Made by a program: the position numbers and the translations under genes
Source of the DNA: Pseudoalteromonas translucida KMM 520
GTDB taxonomy: Bacteria; Pseudomonadota; Gammaproteobacteria; Enterobacterales; Alteromonadaceae
Assembly: GCF_001465295.1 (NCBI RefSeq)
Contig: NZ_CP011034.1
Coordinates: 210,001 to 242,000, forward strand
DNA: 32,000 nucleotides
Direction of reading: 5' to 3'
Notes under the pieces: model-generated
Database searches by the model: none
Seen by the model: only the letters and a program-made list of their open reading frames with translations
Told to the model about the DNA's origin: nothing
Part shown: positions 9,723 to 19,286 of the stretch, one piece after another
Numbering within the stretch: the stretch's first letter is position 1
Layout: each line of letters begins with the position of its first letter

Positions 9723-10469
9723 ATGATTAAACAACAAAAAGAGGCTGCTTTGGCTGTCGCCTTAATGGATTTAACCAGCCTAAATAGCGACGATAATAGT
9801 GCCGCTATTAATAAATTAGTAAACAGCATTAACCCTAAATTAGGCACGCCCGCTGCAGTATGTGTTTACAGTGATTTTGTAGCAGAAGCAAAAGTAGCCT
9901 TAGCAACCAGAGAGCTAAGCCATATAAAAGTAGCCACAGTAACTAACTTTCCAACGGGTGACGCGCCTTTAAATACCGTAATAAGCGAAACACTAATTGC
10001 CATAGAGCGCGGCGCAGATGAAATTGATTTAGTTATTCCATATAAAGCATTAATAGCGGGTGATAAAAGCCGTGTGCTTGAGTATGTTACCGAGAGCAAA
10101 AAAGTCTGTGGGTCGCGCGCTCAACTTAAAGTGATTATAGAAAGCGGCGAGTTACAAACACCTGAGCTAATAGCATCAGCCACATTATTAGCTATTAAAG
10201 GCGGTGCCGACTTTGTAAAAACCAGTACCGGTAAGGTCGCCGTTAATGCCACGCTTGATGCGACAAAAATTATACTCAATACCATTAAAGAGTCGGGCAA
10301 GCTAGTTGGCTTTAAAGCGGCGGGAGGGGTTAAAACGCTTGCTGATGCGAGCGATTACTTAACCCTTGCAAGCACTATTATGGGTAATGACTACTTACAA
10401 GCAAATACCTTTAGATTTGGCGCATCAAGTTTATTAACTAATGTGTACGCGGTATTAAATGAAGCGTGA
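9723..10469 (+). CDS. deoC: Deoxyribose-phosphate aldolase DeoC
   Basis: The 248-aa ORF is colinear with E. coli DeoC as recalled (LMDLTSLN, VATVTNFP, LKVIIESGEL, GADFVKTSTGKVAVNAT, FRFGASS). Confidence 0.9.
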   Translation: MIKQQKEAALAVALMDLTSLNSDDNSAAINKLVNSINPKLGTPAAVCVYSDFVAEAKVALATRELSHIKVATVTNFPTGDAPLNTVISETLIAIERGADEIDLVIPYKALIAGDKSRVLEYVTESKKVCGSRAQLKVIIESGELQTPELIASATLLAIKGGADFVKTSTGKVAVNATLDATKIILNTIKESGKLVGFKAAGGVKTLADASDYLTLASTIMGNDYLQANTFRFGASSLLTNVYAVLNEA

Positions 10470-10959
10470 TAGCGAACAAGAAAAACAACAGTTAGAGCAC
10501 GATGCAGCGAGGTTGTTTTTACGTTGTTATGAGCAGCAATACGGTATTCATATGCGCCATATTTGGCATAATGAGCCCAATAAGCCCGACGTTAGCTGCT
10601 ACAAAGGCGATCAGCAGCTTGATATTGAAGTTGCGCACTTATACGCCAGTGAAACCGAAGCAATGGCAGTGCTTGGCCGGCCACTGTCAATTCCAATGCA
10701 GCGGGCGTTGGCCGATATGGCGCAAGCACCGAGTGAGCAAAGGTTACGCCTAGCGTTAGAGAGGTTACTGGAGCAAAAAGCCACTAAGTCTTATCATTCA
10801 GCGCGAACTTGGTTATTAATTCGCAATGCCAGCACTATTTGGCATAAAGCTGACTTTGATGCTCAGCTTGAAAAGATCAGTGTGCCGCAAACGCATGCAT
10901 TTGAGCAAATTTGGTTGTTATGCGATTTTTATCGAGGCGAGTTGGTACGTTTATTTTGA
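10459..10959 (+). CDS. Hypothetical protein, no family recognised
   Basis: 166-aa open frame in an AT-rich genome. Its ATG overlaps the last 11 nt of deoC. The residue composition is ordinary for a soluble protein. No clear SD and no recognisable motif beyond a weak PD...(D/E)x-like string (KPDVSCYKGDQQLDIEVAH). Confidence 0.55.
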   Translation: MKRDSEQEKQQLEHDAARLFLRCYEQQYGIHMRHIWHNEPNKPDVSCYKGDQQLDIEVAHLYASETEAMAVLGRPLSIPMQRALADMAQAPSEQRLRLALERLLEQKATKSYHSARTWLLIRNASTIWHKADFDAQLEKISVPQTHAFEQIWLLCDFYRGELVRLF

Positions 10960-11091
10960 TTTTTTTACGGTAACTCATTGCAGGAATGACTTTTTATTGC
11001 ATAAATAAATATTAATTTAGCGAGTTAAGTGGTTAAATAATGCGGTGTGTAAATTAACGGTGAAGATTTTATCAGATGGCAATCTTTACTC

Positions 11092-11119
11092 TTGTGTTAA
11101 TGAACTGCGTAAGTATAAT
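11092..11119 (+). promoter_or_regulatory. Candidate sigma70 promoter for tRNA-Trp (and possibly secE-nusG)
   Basis: TTGTGT (11092-11097), 16-nt spacer, consensus TATAAT (11114-11119). The region upstream is AT-rich, like an UP element. The tRNA starts 16 nt after the -10. Confidence 0.5.
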
Positions 11120-11134
11120 AGGCATCCACTTTGC

Positions 11135-11211
11135 AGGGGCGTAGTTCCAATTGGTAGAACAGCGGTCTCCAAAACCGACGGTTGGGAGTTCGAATCTCTC
11201 CGCCCCTGCCA
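11135..11211 (+). tRNA. trpT: tRNA-Trp (anticodon CCA)
   Basis: The 77-nt sequence folds by hand into a cloverleaf: acceptor AGGGGCG/CGCCCCT, D-arm GTTC/GAAC, anticodon loop CTCCAAA, T-arm GGGAG-TTCGAAT-CTCTC, and an encoded GCCA tail. It is very close to E. coli tRNA-Trp as recalled. Confidence 0.93.
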
Positions 11212-11292
11212 ATATTACTCGCGATGCGGGTAAGTCTGGGGTTAAAAATCGGTTTAAATAAGTCTGTTTTTAAGTTTAGATTTTAATGGATT

Positions 11293-11314
11293 AACCCTAC
11301 CATAGCGTAGGGTT
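11293..11314 (+). terminator. Stem-loop after tRNA-Trp (weak terminator, attenuator or processing signal)
   Basis: aaccctac-catagc-gtagggtt followed by gttgtgt, which is only partly U-rich. Confidence 0.3.
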
Positions 11315-11343
11315 GTTGTGTCTGTAGTTAAGGTAATAATATT

Positions 11344-11721
11344 ATGAGCACGAATGTAGAAACGCCATCAAGTGCGATGGAGTCAGTAAAGTGGTTAGTA
11401 GCAATAGTGCTACTTGCAGGCGCAGTTGTTGGTAATCACATGTTTGCAGATCAGTCTGTATTGCTACGTGCGATTGGCGTTGTAGTTGCAATAGCAGCTG
11501 GTTTAGCAATTGCCTCGCAAACAGCTAAAGGACGTGCTTTCCTTACTTTTGCTAAAGAAGCAAGAATTGAAGTGCGCAAAGTAATTTGGCCAACGCGTCA
11601 AGAAACTATCCACACGACATTAATTGTAATGGTTGCAACAGCGATAATGGCACTTATCCTTTGGGGATTAGATGGCATTTTATTCCGCGCTGTAGGCTTT
11701 TTAACTGGATTGGAGATCTGA
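11344..11721 (+). CDS. secE: Preprotein translocase subunit SecE
   Basis: 125-aa ORF with three hydrophobic segments and the conserved [13 protein letters not shown] motif. It lies directly upstream of nusG. Confidence 0.92.
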   Translation: MSTNVETPSSAMESVKWLVAIVLLAGAVVGNHMFADQSVLLRAIGVVVAIAAGLAIASQTAKGRAFLTFAKEARIEVRKVIWPTRQETIHTTLIVMVATAIMALILWGLDGILFRAVGFLTGLEI

Positions 11722-11725
11722 TCCC

Positions 11726-12283
11726 ATGTCGGATGAGAACAACGAAATAAAGCTACGTTGGTACGTAGTACAGGCTTTCTCAGGTTATGAGAAGCGTGTT
11801 GCACAAACTATTTTAGAACACATTAAAATCAAAGGCCTTGAAGAGAGCTTTGGTGAGGTATTAGTACCAACAGAAGAAGTGATTGAGATGCGCGCTGGTC
11901 AAAAGCGTAAATCTGAGCGTAAGTTCTTCCCTGGTTATGTACTAATTCAAATGGATATGAACGATAAAAGCTGGCATTTAGTTAATAGCACAGAACGTGT
12001 TATGGGCTTTATTGGTGGTACGTCTGATCGTCCTGCACCAATTAGTGCCAAAGAAGCTGAGCGTATTCTAAATCGTCTACAAGAAAATGCTGAAGCACCT
12101 AAACCTGCGACCTTATTTGAACCAGGTGAAGTTGTTCGTGTTACAGACGGTCCATTTGCTGACTTTAGCGGTGTTGTTGAAGAAGTTGACTATGAAAAGA
12201 GCCGCGTTAAAGTGTCGGTACTTATTTTTGGTCGTTCTACACCGGTTGAACTTGAATTTGGTCAAGTTGAACAAGATAAGTAA
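11726..12283 (+). CDS. nusG: Transcription termination/antitermination factor NusG
   Basis: 185-aa ORF with NGN start [15 protein letters not shown] and a KOW domain [30 protein letters not shown]. Confidence 0.95.
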   Translation: MSDENNEIKLRWYVVQAFSGYEKRVAQTILEHIKIKGLEESFGEVLVPTEEVIEMRAGQKRKSERKFFPGYVLIQMDMNDKSWHLVNSTERVMGFIGGTSDRPAPISAKEAERILNRLQENAEAPKPATLFEPGEVVRVTDGPFADFSGVVEEVDYEKSRVKVSVLIFGRSTPVELEFGQVEQDK

Positions 12284-12331
12284 TTGATTAAAAAAGTGAT
12301 GCTAAATTTTTTATAAAATTTGGCACGAAGC

Positions 12332-12360
12332 TTGAAAAAGGCCGCTGATTAACTTATAAT
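12332..12360 (+). promoter_or_regulatory. Candidate rplKA (L11) promoter
   Basis: TTGAAA (12332-12337), 17-nt spacer, consensus TATAAT (12355-12360). The position matches PL11 of E. coli downstream of nusG. Confidence 0.6.
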
Positions 12361-12373
12361 CAGCGGCCTTTTT
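12340..12373 (+). terminator. Intrinsic terminator downstream of nusG
   Basis: Stem ggccgctgatt / aatcagcggcc (11 bp), loop aacttat, then TTTTT (12369-12373), preceded by an A-run. Confidence 0.75.
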
Positions 12374-12494
12374 GTATTTGGGTAAATTAATTTTACTCTG
12401 CAAAAAGTACGAAACAATTTTTTAAATTGGGGAGCCGTTAGAGTACGCGTCCTCGCGCGCACAAGGCTGAGACCCACTTAATGAGGTATTTATA
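12374..12494 (+). promoter_or_regulatory. rplKA 5' leader, likely containing the L1 autoregulatory site
   Basis: A structured segment GGGAGCC...GGCTGAGACCC (about 12429-12475) lies just upstream of the GAGG SD of rplK. L1 translational feedback on the L11 leader is established in E. coli; its presence here is inferred. Confidence 0.4.
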
Positions 12495-12923
12495 ATGGCT
12501 AAAAAAGTTGAAGCTCTAATCAAGCTACAAGTTGCCGCTGGTATGGCTAATCCTAGTCCACCAGTAGGTCCTGCACTAGGTCAACACGGTGTAAACATCA
12601 TGGAATTCTGTAAAGCGTTTAACGCACGTACAGAATCTATCGAAAAAGGCGCTCCAGTTCCTGTAGTGATCTCTGTTTACGGTGACCGTTCTTTTACGTT
12701 CGACATGAAAACTCCACCTGCGGCATACTTGCTACTTAAAGCAGCTGGCGTTAAATCAGGCTCAGGCCGTCCTAACACTGAAAAAGTAGGCACAGTAACT
12801 CGTGCTCAACTTGAAGAGATTGTTGAGACTAAACGAGCTGACCTTACAGCTTCTGATTTAGAAGCTGCGGTTCGCACTATCGCAGGATCTGCTCGTGCGA
12901 TGGGCTTGAGCGTAGAGGACTAA
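12495..12923 (+). CDS. rplK: 50S ribosomal protein L11
   Basis: 142-aa [47 protein letters not shown]. Confidence 0.97.
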   Translation: MAKKVEALIKLQVAAGMANPSPPVGPALGQHGVNIMEFCKAFNARTESIEKGAPVPVVISVYGDRSFTFDMKTPPAAYLLLKAAGVKSGSGRPNTEKVGTVTRAQLEEIVETKRADLTASDLEAAVRTIAGSARAMGLSVED

Positions 12924-12927
12924 GAAT

Positions 12928-13632
12928 ATGGCTAAATTAACTAAACGTATGCGTACTATCCGCGAAAAAGTGGAAGTAACTAAAGATTACGAAATCAACG
13001 AAGCGATCGCGCTTTTAAAAGAGTTAGCGACAGCTAAATTCGTAGAAAGTGTTGACGTTGCTGTTAACCTTGGTATCGATGCTCGTAAATCTGATCAAAA
13101 CGTTCGTGGTGCAACTGTACTACCTAACGGTACTGGTCGTGACGTTCGCGTTGCAGTATTCACACAAGGCGCTAACGCAGAAGCTGCGAAAGAAGCCGGT
13201 GCTGAATTAGTAGGTATGGAAGATCTTGCTGAGCTAGTTAAAAAAGGCGAGATGAACTTTGACGTTGTTGTTGCATCACCAGACGCTATGCGTGTTGTTG
13301 GTCAACTAGGTCAAATCTTAGGCCCACGTGGTCTAATGCCAAACCCTAAGACTGGTACAGTAACACCTAACGTTGCTGAAGCAGTTAAAAATGCAAAAGC
13401 GGGTCAAGTACGTTACCGTAATGACAAAAATGGCATCATCCATACTACTATTGGTAAGGTTGATTTCACTGCTGAGCATTTACAACAAAACCTTGAGTCA
13501 TTAATTGTTGCGCTTAAGAAGGCTAAGCCTTCTCAAGCTAAAGGTGTTTACTTGAAGAAAGTAACTATCTCAACAACAATGGGCGCAGGCGTTGCTGTTG
13601 ACCAAAACACTTTAAGCACAACTGTAGCTTAA
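12928..13632 (+). CDS. rplA: 50S ribosomal protein L1
   Basis: 234-aa [18 protein letters not shown]..., starting 4 nt after rplK. Confidence 0.97.
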   Translation: MAKLTKRMRTIREKVEVTKDYEINEAIALLKELATAKFVESVDVAVNLGIDARKSDQNVRGATVLPNGTGRDVRVAVFTQGANAEAAKEAGAELVGMEDLAELVKKGEMNFDVVVASPDAMRVVGQLGQILGPRGLMPNPKTGTVTPNVAEAVKNAKAGQVRYRNDKNGIIHTTIGKVDFTAEHLQQNLESLIVALKKAKPSQAKGVYLKKVTISTTMGAGVAVDQNTLSTTVA

Positions 13633-13638
13633 TCGGTG

Positions 13639-13667
13639 TTTACATGGCGTGAAATTTGTACTATAAT
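13639..13667 (+). promoter_or_regulatory. Candidate rplJL-rpoBC (L10) promoter
   Basis: TTTACA (13639-13644), 17-nt spacer, consensus TATAAT (13662-13667). The position is equivalent to E. coli PL10. Confidence 0.6.
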
Positions 13668-13680
13668 TTCGCGCCATTTT
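13644..13680 (+). terminator. Hairpin plus T-run downstream of rplA
   Basis: atggcgtgaaatt / aatttcgcgccat forms a 13-bp stem with one G-U pair and loop tgtactat, followed by TTTT-G-TT. Confidence 0.5.
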
Positions 13681-13954
13681 GTTGATTAATTCGTTTTTCA
13701 GCAAAGTAAAGAATTCGGGTTGAAGTCCATAATTTCGTTGCGCCTTAGGGTAAAGCGATAAATTGGACTTCCGTCCAAGACCGTAGGTGGCTTCGGCCTT
13801 AATATTCACCTACGTAGACGGTGTAGACCCCAGATAGATTTTTCCTAATCCTTCTGGCTCTCGCCGTAAAAAGCATCTCTATCTTGATTGATAGAGAAGA
13901 GTAGAACAGGGGACACCGAGTGTCGGTAACCCCATTAAACCAGGAGTAACACCC
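13668..13954 (+). promoter_or_regulatory. Long rplJ 5' leader (expected L10-(L7/L12)4 feedback target)
   Basis: About 290 nt of untranslated sequence between the candidate promoter and the rplJ AGGAG/ATG. A long leader with L10-complex autoregulation is established in E. coli. The binding structure was not identified by eye here. Confidence 0.45.
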
Positions 13955-14449
13955 ATGGCTTTAAATCTTCAAGGCAAACAAGCAATAGTTGCTGAAGTCA
14001 ACGAAGCAGCCAATGGTGCTCTATCTGCAGTTGTTGCAGATTCTCGTGGTGTAACAGTTGGCGCAATCACTGCCCTTCGTAAAGAAGCTCGTGCAAATGG
14101 TGTTTGGATGAAAGTTGTCCGTAACACTTTAGCAAAACGTGCTCTTGAAGGAACACAGTTTGAGTGCCTTTCTGATTCATTTGTTGGTCCAAGCTTAATC
14201 GCTTTCTCATCAGAGCACCCAGGTGCTGCTGCGCGTATCTTTTCTGCTTTTGCAAAAAAGAACGAGAAATTTGAGCTTAAAACGGCCGCTTTTGAAGGAA
14301 ATGTTGTTGATGCAGCAATGCTTGCTACATTACCTACATACGACGAAGCTGTTGCACGCTTAATGAGCGCTATGAAAGAAGCGTCTGCTGGTAAATTGTG
14401 TAAAACAATTGAAGCAGTACGTGTACAGAAAGAAGAGCAAGCTGCTTAA
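13955..14449 (+). CDS. rplJ: 50S ribosomal protein L10
   Basis: 164-aa [22 protein letters not shown]..., with AGGAG 10 nt upstream. Confidence 0.96.
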   Translation: MALNLQGKQAIVAEVNEAANGALSAVVADSRGVTVGAITALRKEARANGVWMKVVRNTLAKRALEGTQFECLSDSFVGPSLIAFSSEHPGAAARIFSAFAKKNEKFELKTAAFEGNVVDAAMLATLPTYDEAVARLMSAMKEASAGKLCKTIEAVRVQKEEQAA

Positions 14450-14523
14450 TTTTAAGCTGTTTAATCCCTTTCGGTGTAAAATTTATTTGGACTTAAAGTC
14501 CGTTAATTATTAGGAAATTTGAA

Positions 14524-14886
14524 ATGTCTGTATCTAAAGACCAAATCCTTGACGCAATTGCTGAAATGTCAGTAATGGACGTTGTTGCTCTTATCGAAGC
14601 AATGGAAGAAAAATTCGGCGTAACTGCTGCTGCTGGTATGGTAGCTGGTCCAGCTGCTGAAGCAGTTGAAGAAAAGACTGAATTTGATGTAATCCTTACT
14701 GGCGCTGGCGCTAACAAGGTTTCTGCAATCAAAGCAGTTCGTAGCGCAACTGGCCTAGGCCTTAAAGAAGCGAAAGCTCTTGTTGAAGCTGCACCAACAC
14801 CTGTTAAAGAAGGTATCTCTAAGGAAGAAGCTGAAGCTCTTGCTAAAGACCTTACTGAAGCTGGCGCTGAAGTTGAGATCAAGTAA
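14524..14886 (+). CDS. rplL: 50S ribosomal protein L7/L12
   Basis: 120-aa [24 protein letters not shown]...[12 protein letters not shown]...AGAEVEIK. Confidence 0.97.
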   Translation: MSVSKDQILDAIAEMSVMDVVALIEAMEEKFGVTAAAGMVAGPAAEAVEEKTEFDVILTGAGANKVSAIKAVRSATGLGLKEAKALVEAAPTPVKEGISKEEAEALAKDLTEAGAEVEIK

Positions 14887-14927
14887 TCTAGCTTTTGCTA
14901 GGTTCGTTGTCTGAGAAATCAGGCAAG

Positions 14928-14958
14928 GGCTGGTGATTATTTAATCACCGGCCTTTTT
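14928..14958 (+). terminator. rplL-rpoB intergenic attenuator (partial terminator)
   Basis: ggctggtgatt / aatcaccggcc stem (one G-U pair), loop attt, then TTTTT (14954-14958). An attenuator at this position is established in E. coli. Confidence 0.7.
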
Positions 14959-15156
14959 GCGCTATAGAGCGATGTATTCCTATAGTGCAAATAAAATCTG
15001 ATTTTTTCTTTACTTTCAACGCTTTATAGTTTGCTAGTGTTAAAGTGGGACTAAATTAGAACAACAATCAAATGTTGTAAATCTTGGCATAGATGCCAGT
15101 TAAGTCTGTTCTTACAAGAACAGGTCGGGTCAAAGATCAGCAAGCTGAGGAACCCC

Positions 15157-18100
15157 ATGGCTTACTCTTATTCTGAAAAGAAACGTATCCGTAAGGATTT
15201 TGGTAAACGTCCACAAGTTTTGGATATACCTTTCTTACTATCTACACAGTTAGAATCGTTTAAAAAATTCTTAGTGCCTGACGCTGATGGCGATCATGGT
15301 TTGGAAGCAGCCTTCCGTTCTGTGTTCCCAATTAAAAGCTACTCAGGAAATTCTGAGCTGCAATACGTAAGTTATCGTATTGGCGAGCCAGTTTTCGATG
15401 TAAAAGAATGTCAAATTCGCGGTGTGACTTATTCTGCTCCACTTCGCGTGAAATTGCGTCTTGTAGTTATGGACAAAGAAGCTCCAGGCACAGTTAAAGA
15501 CATTAAAGAGCAAGAAGTTTACATGGGCGAAATTCCGCTCATGACCGATACCGGTACCTTTGTAATTAATGGTACAGAGCGTGTTATCGTTTCTCAGCTA
15601 CACCGTAGCCCTGGTGTATTCTTTGATAACGACCGCGGTAAAACTCACTCATCGGGTAAAGTGTTATATAACGCACGTGTTATCCCATATCGTGGTTCAT
15701 GGTTAGACTTTGAATTTGATGCAAAAGATAACTTGTATGTACGTATTGACCGTCGTCGTAAATTACCGGCGTCTATTATCTTACGTGCACTTGAGTACTC
15801 GAGTGAAGACATTCTTGGTATTTTCTTCGACAACACTACGTTTGAAGTAACTGACGGTAAAGTTCTTATGGAACTGGTACCTTCACGTTTACGTGGTGAA
15901 ACCGCCGCTTTTGATATTAAGAGCGAAGACGGTGAAGTGTTTGTTGAAAGTGGTCGTCGTGTTACGGCTCGCCATATCAAGAACATCGAGAAAAAAGGCA
16001 TTAAGCAATTAGAAGTACCACATGAGTACATCATTGGTCGCGTATTAGCGAAAAACTATGTTGATGAGTCAACAGGTGAAGTTGTAGCTAATGCAAATGA
16101 CGAGCTAACGCTTGAATTAATGGCTGAATTGGTTAAAGCCGGTCACACTAAAATTGATACGTTATATATCAATGAAGTGGACAGCGGTGCTTACATGTCA
16201 AATACATTGAACATTGACTCTTCAAGCAGCCGTTTAGAAGCATTAGTAGAAATTTATCGCATGATGCGCCCAGGCGAGCCACCGACGAAAGACGCGGCTG
16301 AAGCCTTATTCCAGAACTTGTTCTTCTCAGAAGAGCGCTATGACTTATCAACTGTAGGTCGTATGAAGTTCAATAGCCGTGTTGGTTACGATACCGATAC
16401 AGGCCCAGGCACATTAAGCAAAGAAGACATCGTGTCTGTTATGAAAGTATTGATTGCTATTCGTAACGGTGTTGGCGATGTAGATGATATTGACCACTTA
16501 GGCAACCGTCGTATACGTAGTGTTGGCGAAATGGCTGAGAACCAATTCCGTGTAGGTTTAGTACGTGTAGAACGTGCTGTACGTGAGCGTTTAAGCTTAG
16601 GTGACCTAGATGCGATAATGCCACAAGATCTTATTAACGCTAAGCCTATTTCGGCAGCGGTTAAAGAGTTCTTCGGCTCGTCTCAGTTATCACAGTTTAT
16701 GGACCAAAATAACCCGCTATCAGAAGTAACGCATAAGCGTCGTATTTCTGCATTAGGGCCGGGCGGTCTAACTCGTGAGCGCGCAGGCTTTGAAGTACGT
16801 GACGTTCACGTAACTCACTATGGCCGCGTATGTCCAATCGAGACTCCTGAGGGTCCAAACATCGGTCTAATTAACTCATTATCTACGTACGCACGTACTA
16901 ATGATTATGGTTTCTTAGAAACACCTTACCGCAAAGTGGTAGACGGTGTTGTAACTGATGAAGTTGATTACCTATCAGCCATTGAAGAAGGTCAGTTTGT
17001 TATCGCACAGGCGAACTCAAACTTAACCGAAACCAATGAGTTTGTAGATGAACTTATTCCATGTCGTCACAAAGGTGAATCTACCTTTATGGGACGTATG
17101 GACCAGCAATATATGGATGTATCACCACAACAGGTGATCTCTGTAGCGGCAGCACTTATCCCGTTCTTAGAACACGATGATGCTAACCGTGCATTGATGG
17201 GTTCAAACATGCAACGTCAAGCAGTACCAACATTGAAAGCGGATAAGCCGTTAGTAGGTACTGGTATTGAGTTAACACTAGCGAAAGACTCTGGTGTTAC
17301 TATCGTTGCAAAACGTGGTGGTGAAGTAATGTATTGTGACGCAAGTCGCATCGTTGTTAATGTACATGAAGAAGAACGCGTTCCAGGCGAAGCGGGCATC
17401 GACATTTACAACTTAACCAAATACACACGTTCTAACCAAAATACATGTATTAACCAAAAACCAACTTGTATGGTTGGCGAACCGGTTACTCGTGGCGATG
17501 TGTTAGCAGATGGTCCTTCGACTGACTTGGGCGACTTAGCTCTTGGTCAAAACTTGCGCGTGGCATTTATGCCATGGAATGGTTATAACTTCGAGGATTC
17601 AATCTTACTATCAGAGCGCGTAGTTGAAGAAGATCGTCTAACGACCATCCACATTCAAGAACTACAGTGTATTGCCCGTGATACTAAATTAGGTTCTGAA
17701 GAGATCACTGCAGATATCCCGAATGTGGGCGAATCTGCGCTAGGCAAGCTTGATGAATCAGGCGTTGTTTATATTGGTGCTGAAGTTAAAAGCGGCGATA
17801 TTCTAGTAGGTAAAGTGACTCCGAAAGGCGAAACGCAATTAACGCCTGAAGAGAAGCTACTACGAGCTATCTTCGGCGAAAAAGCGTCTGACGTTAAAGA
17901 CAGCTCTTTACGTGTACCAAATTCTGTAACTGGTACTGTAATTGACGTGCAAGTTTTCACCCGTGATGGTGTTGAAAAAGATAAGCGCGCGTTAGAAGTT
18001 GAAGAAATGCAGCTTCGCGATGCGAAGAAAGACTTCAACGAAGAGTTCCGTATTCTAGAAGCTGGTGTATTAGACCGTGCGCGTAAGTTACTTATCGCAG

Positions 18101-19182
18101 CTGGCTTTGATGAAGACAAATTAGCGTTATTAAATGCTGAGAAGCTACTTACGCAAAGCCTTGCTGAAGAAGACAAGCAAGCTGAGCTTGAGCAATTAGC
18201 AGCCCAGTATGACGAGCTTAAAGCTGAATACGATAAGAAGTTTGAAAACAAACGTCGTAAAATCACTCAAGGCGATGACCTAGCACCTGGCGTACTTAAG
18301 ATTGTTAAAGTATACCTAGCTGTTAAACGTTGTATCCAACCGGGTGATAAAATGGCGGGTCGTCATGGTAACAAAGGTGTTATCTCGACTATCGTACCAG
18401 TAGAAGATATGCCATACGATGATAAAGGTCGTACGGTAGATATCGTACTTAACCCACTGGGTGTACCATCACGTATGAACATCGGTCAGATCCTTGAAAC
18501 ACATATGGGTCTAGCTGCACGTGGTATTGGTGAACGCATTGAAGAAATGATGAAAGAGCAACGTGAGCTGCATGAGTTACGTGCCTTCATTAAACAAGCC
18601 TACGAAATTGGCGAGTCTCGTCAAGTAGTAGACATTGATAGCTTTACAGATGACGAAATTCGTCGTTTGGCTGAAAACTTAAAAGGTGGTTTACCAATAG
18701 CTACTCCAGCATTTGATGGCGCGAAAGAAAGCGAAATCAAAGACATGCTTGAGCTTGCGGGCTACCCAAGAAGTGGTCAGGTTACACTTTATGATGGCCG
18801 TACTGGCGATCAGTTCGAACGTCAAGTAACCGTAGGTTACATGTACATGCTGAAACTGAATCACTTAGTTGATGACAAAATGCATGCGCGTTCTACTGGT
18901 TCTTATAGCCTTGTTACTCAGCAGCCGCTGGGTGGTAAAGCACAGTTCGGTGGCCAGCGTTTTGGTGAGATGGAAGTATGGGCACTTGAAGCTTACGGTG
19001 CTGCTTACACTCTACAAGAAATGCTAACAGTGAAATCGGATGACGTGAACGGTCGTACTAAGATGTATAAAAACATCGTTGATGGTAACCATAAAATGGA
19101 ACCAGGTATGCCAGAATCGTTTAACGTATTGTTAAAAGAAATCCGCTCACTGGGTATCAACATCGAGTTGGAAGAAAATTAA
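15157..19182 (+). CDS. rpoB: DNA-directed RNA polymerase beta subunit
   Basis: 1341-aa [35 protein letters not shown]..., [15 protein letters not shown]. Confidence 0.99.
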   Translation: MAYSYSEKKRIRKDFGKRPQVLDIPFLLSTQLESFKKFLVPDADGDHGLEAAFRSVFPIKSYSGNSELQYVSYRIGEPVFDVKECQIRGVTYSAPLRVKLRLVVMDKEAPGTVKDIKEQEVYMGEIPLMTDTGTFVINGTERVIVSQLHRSPGVFFDNDRGKTHSSGKVLYNARVIPYRGSWLDFEFDAKDNLYVRIDRRRKLPASIILRALEYSSEDILGIFFDNTTFEVTDGKVLMELVPSRLRGETAAFDIKSEDGEVFVESGRRVTARHIKNIEKKGIKQLEVPHEYIIGRVLAKNYVDESTGEVVANANDELTLELMAELVKAGHTKIDTLYINEVDSGAYMSNTLNIDSSSSRLEALVEIYRMMRPGEPPTKDAAEALFQNLFFSEERYDLSTVGRMKFNSRVGYDTDTGPGTLSKEDIVSVMKVLIAIRNGVGDVDDIDHLGNRRIRSVGEMAENQFRVGLVRVERAVRERLSLGDLDAIMPQDLINAKPISAAVKEFFGSSQLSQFMDQNNPLSEVTHKRRISALGPGGLTRERAGFEVRDVHVTHYGRVCPIETPEGPNIGLINSLSTYARTNDYGFLETPYRKVVDGVVTDEVDYLSAIEEGQFVIAQANSNLTETNEFVDELIPCRHKGESTFMGRMDQQYMDVSPQQVISVAAALIPFLEHDDANRALMGSNMQRQAVPTLKADKPLVGTGIELTLAKDSGVTIVAKRGGEVMYCDASRIVVNVHEEERVPGEAGIDIYNLTKYTRSNQNTCINQKPTCMVGEPVTRGDVLADGPSTDLGDLALGQNLRVAFMPWNGYNFEDSILLSERVVEEDRLTTIHIQELQCIARDTKLGSEEITADIPNVGESALGKLDESGVVYIGAEVKSGDILVGKVTPKGETQLTPEEKLLRAIFGEKASDVKDSSLRVPNSVTGTVIDVQVFTRDGVEKDKRALEVEEMQLRDAKKDFNEEFRILEAGVLDRARKLLIAAGFDEDKLALLNAEKLLTQSLAEEDKQAELEQLAAQYDELKAEYDKKFENKRRKITQGDDLAPGVLKIVKVYLAVKRCIQPGDKMAGRHGNKGVISTIVPVEDMPYDDKGRTVDIVLNPLGVPSRMNIGQILETHMGLAARGIGERIEEMMKEQRELHELRAFIKQAYEIGESRQVVDIDSFTDDEIRRLAENLKGGLPIATPAFDGAKESEIKDMLELAGYPRSGQVTLYDGRTGDQFERQVTVGYMYMLKLNHLVDDKMHARSTGSYSLVTQQPLGGKAQFGGQRFGEMEVWALEAYGAAYTLQEMLTVKSDDVNGRTKMYKNIVDGNHKMEPGMPESFNVLLKEIRSLGINIELEEN

Positions 19183-19286
19183 GCCAATTAGATGCTGCAG
19201 TTAACGCTGCAGCATCTGTTACGGCCGAATAGAATGTAGGGACGAGATTATCCGTCCTCAAGATTAACTCCGACAGGAGAGCTAAG

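Noticed and set aside
10502-10753. 83-aa alternative-frame ORF inside the 166-aa orphan ORF
   Set aside because: It is shorter, nested in the longer frame, Cys/Ile-rich and of odd composition. The longer frame is the more parsimonious coding call.
11045-11233. 62-aa ORF in the track upstream of secE
   Set aside because: It reads straight through the tRNA-Trp gene and its promoter, and the tRNA cloverleaf explains the sequence.
13612-13809. 65-aa minus-strand ORF in the rplA-rplJ spacer
   Set aside because: It lies antisense in the rplJ promoter and leader. It has no RBS, and the region is better explained as a structured 5' UTR.
14493-14882. 129-aa ORF antisense to rplL, almost exactly coextensive with it
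   Set aside because: It is Ala/Ser/Thr-rich and low-complexity, as expected from the complement of GCT/GAA/GTT-rich highly biased codons. rplL on the + strand is unambiguous. This is a classic shadow ORF.
17769-18266. 165-aa ORF antisense within rpoB, plus similar antisense ORFs in rpoB/rpoC (15645-16034, 19757-20002, 21668-21946, 22358-22648 and others)
   Set aside because: These are Ser/Arg-rich shadow frames opposite strongly conserved coding sequence. They have no start-site signals, and rpoB/rpoC fully explain the region.
19191-19216. 10-bp perfect hairpin (gatgctgcag-ttaacg-ctgcagcatc) in the rpoB-rpoC spacer as a terminator
   Set aside because: There is no U-tract, and rpoB-rpoC are co-transcribed in all studied bacteria. 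It is most likely an mRNA structural or processing element of no special novelty.
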